Below the pieces are notes generated by a model. It did no database searches. It worked only from the letters and a program-made list of their open reading frames with translations, and was not told the origin of the DNA. DNA of 27,213 nt from Fibrobacteria bacterium. Lineage in GTDB: Bacteria; Fibrobacterota; Fibrobacteria; UBA11236. Shown one piece after another: positions 17,065-26,428 of this stretch (position 1 is its first letter; every line of letters starts with the position of its first letter). Position numbers and translations under genes: made by a program. The stretch spans positions 1 through 27,213 of the forward strand of contig JBJHDK010000030.1 in the NCBI GenBank assembly GCA_050486505.1, read 5' to 3'.

Positions 17065-17420
17065 CCCCGATACTCGCTGCGCGCGGTGCAGGTTTCGTGA
17101 AGGATCACCGCGCTGAGCTTGGGGAGAACCGGCTTGAGCCGGTCCCAGATCCACCGGCAAATGACTTCGGAAGTGGGATTCTCGAGGCCGGCGATCTCGT
17201 TGAGGAAGCGGTGGTCAAGCTGATCCCGCAGAGGCCGGCACGCAGCCTTGATGTCGGCGAAATCCATCACGAAGCCCGTGACCGGATCCACGTCCCCCGT
17301 TACCTCGATTTCGCAGCGAAAACTGTGGCCGTGCAAACGCTTGCACTTGTGCCCGTCGGGAAGGTTGGGCAGCCGGTGCGCGGATTCGAACGTGAAAGAT
17401 TTGATGAGTCGGGTGGCCAT
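17061..17420 (-). CDS. queD: 6-carboxy-5,6,7,8-tetrahydropterin synthase
   Basis: [49 protein letters not shown]. Start at ATG 17420 (119 aa). Its stop shares TTAA with the convergent aminopeptidase. Confidence 0.95.
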   Translation of the reverse strand: MATRLIKSFTFESAHRLPNLPDGHKCKRLHGHSFRCEIEVTGDVDPVTGFVMDFADIKAACRPLRDQLDHRFLNEIAGLENPTSEVICRWIWDRLKPVLPKLSAVILHETCTARSEYRG

Positions 17421-17505
17421 GGGGGGGCAAAAGTAGCTCCATTTGCGACCGGATTTTTCTTCGACGCTATGCGTGACGCACGGCGCACACACGGCGTGTT
17501 TCCCG

Positions 17506-17557
17506 GCAAAGCGCTTTCTAACTTGTCGCGCCCGTTTCGACCGGCTTTTCGAAAAGC
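17506..17557. promoter_or_regulatory. Candidate operators upstream of the cytochrome/sugar-ABC locus
   Basis: AAAGCGCTTT palindrome (17508-17517, LacI/GalR-like core) and a 14-bp perfect palindrome GCTTTTCGAAAAGC (17544-17557), upstream of a TAAATT box at 17577-17582. Confidence 0.45.
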
Positions 17558-17644
17558 GAAAACTCCGTCGCGGCGGTAAATTCAGGCACAAGTCCTTGAG
17601 AGGGATCCCCGGGCGACCCGCACCCGGAAAGAGGAAGAGCGACC

Positions 17645-19327
17645 ATGAGAATGTTCAAGAATACGGCCCTGCTGCCCACATTACTGGCGTTTCCGGGGCT
17701 TGCCCTGTCCGCCGTCAATTTCTTCGACCCGCTCGACACGGCCAACGTGCCGCGACTCTTTTCCCAGACGGGGATATACTCCAATATCCAAACCAAGGTC
17801 CTCGACACGGCGGCCAAGCACTTCGAGGTCAACTCGGCCCTCTGGTCCGACGGCACGGTCAAGGATCGCTGGATCATCCTTCCCCCGGGGCGCCAGCTCC
17901 AGTACGTCGACACGACGGATGCCTTCGCCTACCCCGACAGCACGATTTTCGTGAAGCTCTTCCGCTTTGAAACCGTGGCGGGTGACACGAGCTCCCGGAT
18001 CTATTGGGAGACCCGCCTCCTGGTGAAAAAAACCGACGAATCCGGGAACTGGCACGGGTTCTCGTACAAATGGAACGCGGCGGGAACCGAGGCGCACCTC
18101 GTCGACCTGTTGTCGGGTTTCGACACCGTCGCCCATCTCGCGGACCCCCAGGGTTATCGCAAGTGGCAATACCCCAGTCAGATGGCCTGCTACGACTGCC
18201 ACCGCGTTCGTCCCGGAACGCGCGGCGTGCTCGGTTTCCTTCCCGCGCAGTTGAAGCGCCCCTCCGCCGCCAATCCCTCGATCAACCAGGTCACCCATCT
18301 TTTCAACCAAGGCGTGTTCGCGGGCGTCCAACCCACCGCCGCGCAATTGGGCCGACGCTGGAGAGGCATGCAGGAACCGGTTCCCACCGGCCTGTCCCCG
18401 GACGAACGCTTCCGGGTCATCGATACGATGGCGCGTTCCTATCTCGCTGCAAATTGCTCGGGCTGCCACGGCACGAGCGGCCTCGGCGACGGGGCACCGG
18501 GCCGCGCTGCGCCGTTCAACCTCGACTTCCACACGCTGGTTCCCCGCGTCGAGCTCGGCAATTACGGGACCGGAACCTTCGGCCTCGACGCCTCGGACAC
18601 CGAGATGCTTCTCTACCCCCTCGACGGGCGCTACCGGTTCATCACCAGCGTGACGCGCGGCGGCATGGCGACCGCTCCAGGTTCGACGTGGCACATGGCG
18701 CGACCTGGCGCATCCACGGGAAAGCAGCCTGCGTTCGTCGTGGCCGGCTACCCCTCTTATTCCGCCGCCCTCTTCCGTCAATGGGCCCGCGTCGACCACG
18801 CCATGGACTCCATCCAGTTGGCAATGCGCCTCGAAGTCACGCAGGATCCGCAAGGCTGGTCCTCGTGGATCTTCTCGCAGCCTTGGGGGTCGAAGGCGTG
18901 GCGCGATACCCTCGCGGCACGGGGCGTCTCCCTGACCAGCGAAGTGCTCACTTCCGATGCCTTCACGAGCGACATCAACCAAATGCCGCCGATCGCGACC
19001 TTCGTCCCCGACACGGCCGCGCTACGCGTCCTCGGCGAATGGGCGAAGAACTACCGCACCCTGTACAAACTCCCCGACGCCGACTCGATCGTCCGCATCG
19101 CGGCGCGTCGGCCGGCTGCACAAGAGCGCGCCCCGGAGATCCGCAATCATGTGCTCGTCGTTCCGGAAGAATGGAGCGGCCCCGCACGAATGGCGGGTCT
19201 CACGGGACGCAGCTATGCCCTGACCCGCGTGGGTGAAGGCCGCTACGCCATCCCGCTCACGGTGCCCCCGGGGATCTACTACTTCACCGTGGGCGAGCGC
19301 GCATTCCGCGCCCAAGTCATGCGCTGA
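17645..19327 (+). CDS. Exported diheme c-type cytochrome (SO2930/HNE_0200-like) with a C-terminal sorting-like domain
   Basis: Signal peptide; two CxxCH motifs (CYDCH, CSGCH); family motifs [42 protein letters not shown]; tail GLTGR...PPGIYYFTV...QVMR. SD AGAGGAAG. Confidence 0.8.
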   Translation: MRMFKNTALLPTLLAFPGLALSAVNFFDPLDTANVPRLFSQTGIYSNIQTKVLDTAAKHFEVNSALWSDGTVKDRWIILPPGRQLQYVDTTDAFAYPDSTIFVKLFRFETVAGDTSSRIYWETRLLVKKTDESGNWHGFSYKWNAAGTEAHLVDLLSGFDTVAHLADPQGYRKWQYPSQMACYDCHRVRPGTRGVLGFLPAQLKRPSAANPSINQVTHLFNQGVFAGVQPTAAQLGRRWRGMQEPVPTGLSPDERFRVIDTMARSYLAANCSGCHGTSGLGDGAPGRAAPFNLDFHTLVPRVELGNYGTGTFGLDASDTEMLLYPLDGRYRFITSVTRGGMATAPGSTWHMARPGASTGKQPAFVVAGYPSYSAALFRQWARVDHAMDSIQLAMRLEVTQDPQGWSSWIFSQPWGSKAWRDTLAARGVSLTSEVLTSDAFTSDINQMPPIATFVPDTAALRVLGEWAKNYRTLYKLPDADSIVRIAARRPAAQERAPEIRNHVLVVPEEWSGPARMAGLTGRSYALTRVGEGRYAIPLTVPPGIYYFTVGERAFRAQVMR

Positions 19328-19401
19328 CGGCGAACGGGAAACCTCGTCGCCCCCGGTTTTCGTGGCCCTGCCTGCCGCTTTTCCCTATATTGTGCGGCAC
19401 C

Positions 19402-20685
19402 ATGAAAACCATCAGCAAAATCTTCGCATTTCCGGTCGTCGCCATCGCGGCCCTCATCGCCGCCACCCCGGTTTCCGCCAAGCCCGTTCAGATCTGGGTG
19501 AACTCCCAAGGGGAAGCGGACTACTACCGGAACATGGTCAAGCTCTACAACGAGAAAACCGGCGCCGACTTCAACGCCCAGTTCCGTGCGTACGGTTTCA
19601 CGGAGATGCCCGACAAGCTGGCCATCGCCATGCGCAGCGGCATCAACGTCCCGGACATCGTCCAGCTCGACGAGATATTCTTCAGCATCTATCTGCGCGG
19701 CGAGCCCCCCTTCGTCGACCTGACCGACCGCATCGCGGCAAGCCCCCTGGCGACCGGCATTCTGCCGCAACGCCTCGCCGCATTCACCTGGAAAGACCGC
19801 ATCTACGGCGTCCCCCAGAGCGTGAGCAACGTCGTGCTGTGGTACCGCGAAGACCTCTTCCGCGAGAACGGGATCACGCCCGCCAGCCTGCGCACCTGGA
19901 ATGACTTCGAAGCCGCGGCGAAGCGCATCCGCACCGACAACCGGCACATGCTCGTGCTCGACTGGTCATACCTCGGCATCCTGCTGCGGCAGCGTGGCTA
20001 CGATTTCTATGGCCCCGACGGTGCGCCGCTGGCCGATTCCGCGATGATCCTCGACACGTGGAACCACCTGCTTCGCTGGAACAAGGAAGGCGTGGGGTTC
20101 ATGCCCGGCCAGGGCGGTATCTTCAGCCCGCAGTTCTTCGCGACTTCCGTGGCAGCCAACGGTGTCTTCGCCATCATGGGAGCCGACTGGTACGGCTTGG
20201 ACATCCTGCAAAACTTCGACCCTGAGCGCAGGGGACGCTGGCGGGCCATGCCGCTCCCGGTTTGGACGGATGAACGGTCCCGCGGGCGCCACAACACGTC
20301 GAGCTTCTCGGGACAGGGCTTGATGATTTTCAAGCAAAGCCCCCACGTGGATGAGGCGTGGAAGTTCATCGAATGGGTGATGACCGACGTGGATGCGAAC
20401 GTGGAGCGCTATCTCGACGGCAATGCCTTCACCCCCTATCAGCCGACCTGGACCGATCTCCGGCTCGCGCGACCGGAACCGTATTTCAACAACCAGACCC
20501 TGACCTCGCTCTTCATGCAGGTCGCGCCTGGCGCGCCGCAGGCGGCGCAGTCCCCGGCCAACGCCATGATCGTCAACTTTCTCCGCGAGCAGTACTTCAA
20601 CGCGACCATGAGCGGGGACCTGACTCCCGAAGAAGCCTTCAACGAGATCCGTGGAAAGCTCCGCCAGATGGGCCTGGTGAAGTAA
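19402..20685 (+). CDS. Carbohydrate ABC transporter substrate-binding protein
   Basis: Signal peptide from ATG 19402 (MKTISKIF...VSA); CUT1 SBP motifs PDIVQLD, IYGVP, LWYREDLF..GI, TWNDF, AWKFIEW. Confidence 0.92.
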   Translation: MKTISKIFAFPVVAIAALIAATPVSAKPVQIWVNSQGEADYYRNMVKLYNEKTGADFNAQFRAYGFTEMPDKLAIAMRSGINVPDIVQLDEIFFSIYLRGEPPFVDLTDRIAASPLATGILPQRLAAFTWKDRIYGVPQSVSNVVLWYREDLFRENGITPASLRTWNDFEAAAKRIRTDNRHMLVLDWSYLGILLRQRGYDFYGPDGAPLADSAMILDTWNHLLRWNKEGVGFMPGQGGIFSPQFFATSVAANGVFAIMGADWYGLDILQNFDPERRGRWRAMPLPVWTDERSRGRHNTSSFSGQGLMIFKQSPHVDEAWKFIEWVMTDVDANVERYLDGNAFTPYQPTWTDLRLARPEPYFNNQTLTSLFMQVAPGAPQAAQSPANAMIVNFLREQYFNATMSGDLTPEEAFNEIRGKLRQMGLVK

Positions 20686-20706
20686 AAACTGCGGGCGTGC
20701 CCTCCC

Positions 20707-21597
20707 ATGTCCCGCCCTCCCTTCCTGCTGCTCGCGCCCTTCTTTGGGGCGCTTCTTTTGTTCTGGCTCGTTCCGCTGGGCAAGGGCCTCTGGCTCAGCA
20801 TGGAGAGCAATGTGCTGTTCGGACCGGCGGAGTTCGTGGGCCTCGACAACTACCGCAGGCTTCTCGACGACAGTCGCTTCTGGCACGCGATGCGCAACAC
20901 CATCATGTATTGCGCACTTGTCCTGGGCGCAGTCCTGCCATTTTCCCTGCTTGTCGCGCACGCCTTGAGGAAGGTGCCCGGTCACCTGCGGGGACTTCTG
21001 CAGTTCTGCCTGCTGCTTCCCGGCCTGACCCCTCCGCTGGTCCTGTCGCTGCTCTACCTGATGGTTTTCCACGGTCCCCACGGGCTGCTGAACACACTGT
21101 TTTTTCATCCTTTCGGCCTTTCCGGCTTCGACTGGATCGGAGACCCGCGCGTGATCAAGCTCAGCCTCGTCATGCTCATGGTATGGCGATGGACCGGATT
21201 CATGACCCTGATCTTTCTTTCGGGGCTGGAAGGGATCCCGCGCGCCTACTATGACTCCGTGCGCGTGGAGGGAGCTTCCGCGTGGCAGCGCTTTCGCCAT
21301 GTCACGTTCCCCGTGCTGCGCCCCGTCACGGCCTTCGCCGCCGCGTTCCTCGTGCTCGACGCCTTCGTCCTGTTCGAGGGGGCATATGTCATGCTTGGCA
21401 GCTCGGGCGGTACGCTCGACGCCGGATTGCTGCTCGTCTCCTACGCCTATCTCAACGCCTTCACCTTGGGGAACTTCGGAACGGCGGCCGCCGTCTCGTT
21501 CGCCTCGCTGCCCGTTCTGCTGATTGCCCTGATCCTCATCCTGTCGACTGCCCGCAGGTCGATCGGACGCCAGATTCGCACGGAAGGGCCGGCATGA
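20707..21597 (+). CDS. Carbohydrate ABC transporter permease (MalF/UgpA-like)
   Basis: FVGLDNY, FWHAMRNT, WRWTGF and an EAA-like loop YYDSVRVEGASAWQRFRHVTFP. Confidence 0.93.
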   Translation: MSRPPFLLLAPFFGALLLFWLVPLGKGLWLSMESNVLFGPAEFVGLDNYRRLLDDSRFWHAMRNTIMYCALVLGAVLPFSLLVAHALRKVPGHLRGLLQFCLLLPGLTPPLVLSLLYLMVFHGPHGLLNTLFFHPFGLSGFDWIGDPRVIKLSLVMLMVWRWTGFMTLIFLSGLEGIPRAYYDSVRVEGASAWQRFRHVTFPVLRPVTAFAAAFLVLDAFVLFEGAYVMLGSSGGTLDAGLLLVSYAYLNAFTLGNFGTAAAVSFASLPVLLIALILILSTARRSIGRQIRTEGPA

Positions 21598-22427
21598 TGG
21601 CCGTAGTCCGCAAGCATGCCGCGCCCGTGCTGGCGACGACGGCCCTGACAGGGCTGGCGATCGCCTTCTCCTTTCCGTTCGTCTGGATGTTCGCCGCCAG
21701 CTTCAAGCCGGACGCGGCCATCTTCATCCCCTTCCCTCTTCTCCCCGAAAGCTTCGATCCGCGCCACTACCGGTCCCTGCTTTCGGGTGAATGGATCCCC
21801 TATCCGCGTCAATACCTGAACTCGCTGTTCATCGCATCGGCGCAAACCGTGCTCGGAACCACCTTCGCCTGCATGGCCGGTTACGTGTTCGCCAAATTTT
21901 CGTTTCCGTTCAAGAAAACCTTGTTCGTGGTCGCGGTGCTGACCGTCCTCATTCCCCGCCAGGTCCTCGCCCTTCCGCTGTTCACCTGGATGCACGCGCT
22001 CGGCCTTCTCGACACGCCGTGGTCCGTGATCCTTCCGGGCACGGCGACCGGCATCGGGCTTCTCTGGTTCACCGCCGTCTTCCACCGCCTTCCCAATACC
22101 TTGCTCGACATGGCGCGCAGCGAGGGGGCGGGAGAGTACCGGGTCTTCTGGATCGCGCTCCCCCTCGTCAAACCGGCCATCATCGCCTTCGCCCTCATTC
22201 AGTTCACGTTGTCATGGCAGGAACACCTGCTTCCGCTGATCATGCTTTACAGCGATCACCAAATGACCGTCAACATCGGCCTCGCCAGCCTCAACGCGGG
22301 AACCCTCCGTGTCCCCTACGGACTGGTGATGGCGGGGTGCACCCTCACCCTCATTCCCACCACGCTTTTCTTCATTCTGGCGTATCGCCACTTCCGTTCC
22401 GCGCTTGGGCGCCTCACGGAGGCATGA
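21594..22427 (+). CDS. Carbohydrate ABC transporter permease (MalG/UgpE-like)
   Basis: ATGA overlap with the previous stop; PFVWMFAASFK, YLNSLF, AGYVFAKF, EAA-like LLDMARSEGAG. Confidence 0.93.
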   Translation: MMAVVRKHAAPVLATTALTGLAIAFSFPFVWMFAASFKPDAAIFIPFPLLPESFDPRHYRSLLSGEWIPYPRQYLNSLFIASAQTVLGTTFACMAGYVFAKFSFPFKKTLFVVAVLTVLIPRQVLALPLFTWMHALGLLDTPWSVILPGTATGIGLLWFTAVFHRLPNTLLDMARSEGAGEYRVFWIALPLVKPAIIAFALIQFTLSWQEHLLPLIMLYSDHQMTVNIGLASLNAGTLRVPYGLVMAGCTLTLIPTTLFFILAYRHFRSALGRLTEA

Positions 22428-22461
22428 CGCCCATGCGGAAAGGGCACGAAAGGCACGCGAC

Positions 22462-23544
22462 ATGGCACGCTTGATCGTCGAACGGCTCAACAAGGTTTAC
22501 CCCGGGGGCACGCATGCCGTCAAGGACTTCTCGCTCGAGGTCGGCGACGGCGAGCTCGTCGCCATCGTCGGCCCTTCGGGGTGCGGAAAGTCGACCTTGC
22601 TGCGCATGCTCGCGGGCCTCGAGCAGGAAACCTCGGGCACCGTGCGCCTCGGAGACAAGAGCCTCAATGGTCTGCCTCCGAAGGACCGGGATCTTGCCCT
22701 CATGTTCCAGAGCTACACGCTGCTGCCGCACCTCAACGTGGAAGAGAATCTTGCATTCGGGCTGCGGCTGCGCGGCGTTCCGAAGACGGAACGCCTGGAG
22801 CGCGCACGCGGGGCCGCGGACCTTCTCGGCATCCGCAGGCTGCTGCACCGCCTGCCCTCCGAGATCAGCGGGGGCGAGCGCCAGCGCGTGGCCCTGGGGC
22901 GCGCCATCCTGCGCAGCCCGGCGGCCTTCCTCTTCGACGAGCCGCTCTCGAGCCTCGATGCGCAAATGCGCCTGCAACTGCGCGTCGAGATCCAGCGACT
23001 GCACCAGCGCATGCCCGTGCCCATGCTGTTCGTCACGCACGACCAGAGCGAGGCCCTCACGCTCGGCGACCGCGTGCTCGTGCTCGAGGGTGGCGTCATC
23101 CGGCAGGTCGCGCCACCCGATGAAATCTACCGCAACCCCGCGAACGCCTTCACCGCGTCATTCATCGGTACCCCGGGGATGAACCTGTTCCCCGGAAACG
23201 TGGATGCCTCCGGGGCGCACCCCCGCTTTCTTTCTTCGTCCCTTTCGTTCGACATGACCGATGCTCAGGGAGGCCTGCTGCGCGGTCGCACCGAGGTGCT
23301 GGCGGGGATCCGTCCCGAGCATCTCCGTGCCGGGGGACCGGAGGCACCGCTGCACGGAGAGGTCACGGCGGTGGAGCGGCAAGCCGGCCAGACGACCGTC
23401 TACATGCGCAGGGGCGAGTTGAGCTTTGCGGCTCGCACCGGAGCGGACACGTCATTCCGCGTCGGCGACGTCGCACGCTGGGAGTTCGATCCGGGCGACG
23501 TGTTCCTGTTCGATGCAGAAACAGGGGATACCTTGGCGCCCTGA
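22462..23544 (+). CDS. Carbohydrate ABC transporter ATP-binding protein (MalK/UgpC-like)
   Basis: Walker A GPSGCGKST, signature ISGGERQR, Walker B FLFDEP, VTHDQ and a C-terminal TOBE region (GIRPEH). Start at ATG 22462. Confidence 0.95.
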   Translation: MARLIVERLNKVYPGGTHAVKDFSLEVGDGELVAIVGPSGCGKSTLLRMLAGLEQETSGTVRLGDKSLNGLPPKDRDLALMFQSYTLLPHLNVEENLAFGLRLRGVPKTERLERARGAADLLGIRRLLHRLPSEISGGERQRVALGRAILRSPAAFLFDEPLSSLDAQMRLQLRVEIQRLHQRMPVPMLFVTHDQSEALTLGDRVLVLEGGVIRQVAPPDEIYRNPANAFTASFIGTPGMNLFPGNVDASGAHPRFLSSSLSFDMTDAQGGLLRGRTEVLAGIRPEHLRAGGPEAPLHGEVTAVERQAGQTTVYMRRGELSFAARTGADTSFRVGDVARWEFDPGDVFLFDAETGDTLAP

Positions 23545-23599
23545 TCCGCCCGGCCCTTCGGATTGCGCGGCCCGCGCGGACTCGTCGCGAGCGGCAAGC

Positions 23600-24403
23600 T
23601 CATCGCGCCCCGAGCAGACACACTTCGATCCATCCGTCCGCCTCGGCGGGGAACCACGCGTTCCCCCCGGTGCGGAGACGCTCGAGCTCCGTCATGCCGC
23701 GACGCGCCTCGAGGCGCATGTCCAGATGCCTGGAAAGCCCGGATGCGTCATGCCGATGGATCTCCGGCAAACCGCAATTACCGGCGATCAGGCCGAACAC
23801 ACGTTCGGGAATGGCCACACGCTCCGGCGCAATGGCCGACGCGGGTTTGAGAAACTCCACCACCGCGTGAACCGGATTCACCGCCGCGACAAGGGCGCTC
23901 AGTGCCTCCGGAGTCAGGTAATAGGTGATACCTTCGAGCACAAGGACCGTCGGAGCTTGCGGATCCCAACCTTGCGCGAGCAGTCCCGCGACGACACCCT
24001 CCGGATCGGACAAGTCCGCCGTAACAAAGGCGGGAGCCGAAATGGACGGCATCCGTGCGAGACACGCCTTCAAATCCATGTTGTCGCGATCCACTTCGAA
24101 GATGCGGAGATCGGGGTACGCTTCGGAGAGATCGAGCCCCAGGGGATCGAGTCCCGCCCCGGCGATGATGACTTGCGCGACGGATCCTCCGGAAATGACT
24201 TGCTCGATGAAATCGCGCACGCCGCGCTTGCGGTTGCGAATCACCTCGGCATAGTAAGGGCAGATCGCATCGCAGGCATCACGCAACGCGCGCCCTTCGT
24301 CAAGATCCAGGGCTTTGAGGTACGCATCGACACGTGAACCGGGAAGATGGTCCCGGCCCGCCCAGAGAAGCACCAAAGCGGAGGTGGAGGAAAGTTTGGT
24401 CAT
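23600..24403 (-). CDS. Class I SAM-dependent methyltransferase (leucine carboxyl methyltransferase-like)
   Basis: QVIIAGAGLD, IFEVD, ADL, PTVLVLEGITYYL, typical of PF04072-like enzymes. Confidence 0.85.
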   Translation of the reverse strand: MTKLSSTSALVLLWAGRDHLPGSRVDAYLKALDLDEGRALRDACDAICPYYAEVIRNRKRGVRDFIEQVISGGSVAQVIIAGAGLDPLGLDLSEAYPDLRIFEVDRDNMDLKACLARMPSISAPAFVTADLSDPEGVVAGLLAQGWDPQAPTVLVLEGITYYLTPEALSALVAAVNPVHAVVEFLKPASAIAPERVAIPERVFGLIAGNCGLPEIHRHDASGLSRHLDMRLEARRGMTELERLRTGGNAWFPAEADGWIEVCLLGAR

Positions 24404-24533
24404 GAGTTTCCAGAGGACAAAAACGGGAGAAGGTGAATATAGCCCCGCGCCTCCGCCGCAACATCCCCGAAACCCTGCCGGAACACGATGCGTCTAGCTT
24501 CACGGTCTCGACGGGGATTCCCCCGCCGCAGCC

Positions 24534-26270
24534 GTGACCGCCGTGTCCCCCATGATTCCCTTCCTCGTCGAGCTCGCGCTCCTCGCCCTCGCCTACCGGG
24601 GAATCGATTTCCTCATCCGCGAAGACGGGTTTCTGCGCCTGCTCCGCCGCACCGGCATCACGGGGCAGCCGACCGCCATCGCGCTCTGGCTTCTCCCCTG
24701 CCTCGCGCTCACGCCGGTGTGGACATGGGTGCACGTGCCGCAAGGCGACGCGCTGCGCCTGCTCGCCGGAATCCCGGCCGCCGCGCTCGCCTGGCAGGCC
24801 GCCACACGCGACCATGACCTGGTCTCGGGCGAACGCCTCGTCGCCACGCGCCTGCTGGCGATCGCCGCCGCCGTCGCCAGCTGGTTCTCGCCCGCAGGCA
24901 TCATCGCCGCCGTCTTCCTGTTCACCACACCCTTCGGCCTGTGGCAACACCACGCGACCTTGCCGATGCGAATGCTGCAGGCCGTCGCCGCCTTCACCAC
25001 CTTCACCGCGCTCACCGCGCTCGCGGGATTCTCCGGGCTCGCCTCGCCCGGCGCACCACGACTCTTCGCCGACGCTTCGACGCTCGTGTTCTTTCTCGTC
25101 GTCATGCTCGCCTCGCACTACCTCATCACGGCGCTCGCGAAAATGTTCCTCGGGCCGCGCCCCTGGTCGTGGGTGATGGAGAATCGCATGCACCACCTCG
25201 CGGCCAGCGCATACAGCTGGGGCTGGGCGCGCTTCCTTCCGTGGACGACCTGGCTGCGCGTGATCCGCGCGGTGAAGCCGATCGAGAAACCCCTGCAGGC
25301 CTCGGCCTTCGGCGTCGAGCTGCTCGCGCCGCTCGCCCTGTTGCACCCGCAGGTCGCGATCGGGTTCTGCCTCGCATGGGCCGCATTCCATCTCGGGGTC
25401 TTCGCACTCTCGGGACTTCTGTTCTGGGACTGGATCCTCGCCAACCTGGCCATGGCCCTGTGCATCCTGATGCTACCGGATTCGGTGACCGCCGCCACGT
25501 TCGGCCCCTGGCAACTGTTGGCGGGCACCGTGTTCATGGCGCTCTTTCCCCTGCGTCACAGGCTCTGGAAACCCATGCCGCTCGGCTGGTACGACACGCC
25601 TTTCACCCAGCGCGTGCATTGGCGCGTCGTCGGGAAAAGCGGGCGCGAGTACGGCCTCTACAACGATTTCATGTGCCCGCACGAGCGGCTTTACGGCAAG
25701 GTGCACGGTTGCTTTCTCGCGCCCGTGCCCGTGCTCACCTACCATCTCGGCGAAGCATGGAAGCCGGAGTTGCGCGACGCCCTTCGGGAATCGGGGGGTG
25801 ATCCCGTGAAGCTCGACTCCGTTCGGGAGCGCTTCGGCATCCTCCCGGTGGACGGGGAGCGCACGGCGCGCCACCGCGCCTGCCTGCACCGTTTCTTCCA
25901 CCGCCTCAACACGGCAGGCGCGGATGCGTGCAAGCACGCCCTGCCCCGCGGCCTGCGCTGGCTGAAGGCGCCGGGAGACCAGCTCTTTTACTGGGGCGAC
26001 CTCCCGGCCTTCCGCGGGCAGGAGCGCGCCGCGCGGGTGCGCGTGTTCTACCGCGAGGAGTTTTTCGACGGGGAGAAACTCCTGCGCCTGCGCGACGAAG
26101 AGGTGATGGCCTTCGACATCGAAGCGGAAGACCCTCCCGGAGAGCTGCGGGAACCGACCCCGAAGGAGCTCGACGATTTTCTGCTGGAGCACGCGAAGGG
26201 CCGGTTGATCGATCTCCCCGGATTCGGAGGCGGGTATGTGAAGGGGGAGGATGGGAGAGTCAAGAATTGA
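24534..26270 (+). CDS. HTTM-like polytopic membrane protein with a soluble C-terminal domain
   Basis: About 10 hydrophobic helices; HTTM-like motifs HYLITALAK, VELLAP and FHLGVFALSGLLFW; roughly 230-aa hydrophilic C-terminal domain. Start is GTG 24534 or ATG 24552. Confidence 0.65.
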   Translation: MTAVSPMIPFLVELALLALAYRGIDFLIREDGFLRLLRRTGITGQPTAIALWLLPCLALTPVWTWVHVPQGDALRLLAGIPAAALAWQAATRDHDLVSGERLVATRLLAIAAAVASWFSPAGIIAAVFLFTTPFGLWQHHATLPMRMLQAVAAFTTFTALTALAGFSGLASPGAPRLFADASTLVFFLVVMLASHYLITALAKMFLGPRPWSWVMENRMHHLAASAYSWGWARFLPWTTWLRVIRAVKPIEKPLQASAFGVELLAPLALLHPQVAIGFCLAWAAFHLGVFALSGLLFWDWILANLAMALCILMLPDSVTAATFGPWQLLAGTVFMALFPLRHRLWKPMPLGWYDTPFTQRVHWRVVGKSGREYGLYNDFMCPHERLYGKVHGCFLAPVPVLTYHLGEAWKPELRDALRESGGDPVKLDSVRERFGILPVDGERTARHRACLHRFFHRLNTAGADACKHALPRGLRWLKAPGDQLFYWGDLPAFRGQERAARVRVFYREEFFDGEKLLRLRDEEVMAFDIEAEDPPGELREPTPKELDDFLLEHAKGRLIDLPGFGGGYVKGEDGRVKN

Positions 26271-26428
26271 GAATTGAGAATTGAGAGTTATGGGTTGCGA
26301 GTGATGAGTGGGGAGTTATGAGTTATGAGTGACGAGTGACGAGTTATGAGTGAGGGGGAGTTGTGAGTGGTGGGGGCGGAGGGGCGGAGGCCCGACGTCC
26401 GCTTCTGGCGGGGGGAGTTATGAGTGCG
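26264..26428 (+). repeat. Long degenerate heptamer tandem array
   Basis: 13 in-register units at 26264-26354 (GAATTGA x3, GAGTTAT, GGGTTGC, GAGTGAT, GAGTGGG, GAGTTAT x2, GAGTGAC x2, GAGTTAT, GAGTGAG). Two more at 26358-26371, and GAGTTAT GAGTGCG at 26415-26428. Confidence 0.92.

Noticed and set aside
17421..17644. preQ1 riboswitch for queD or c-di-GMP riboswitch for the cytochrome
   Set aside because: The queD start lies 9 nt from its promoter-like box, leaving no leader. The consensus elements of neither riboswitch could be matched.
26264..26428. CRISPR array
   Set aside because: The units are contiguous 7-mers with no unique spacers, and there are no cas genes.
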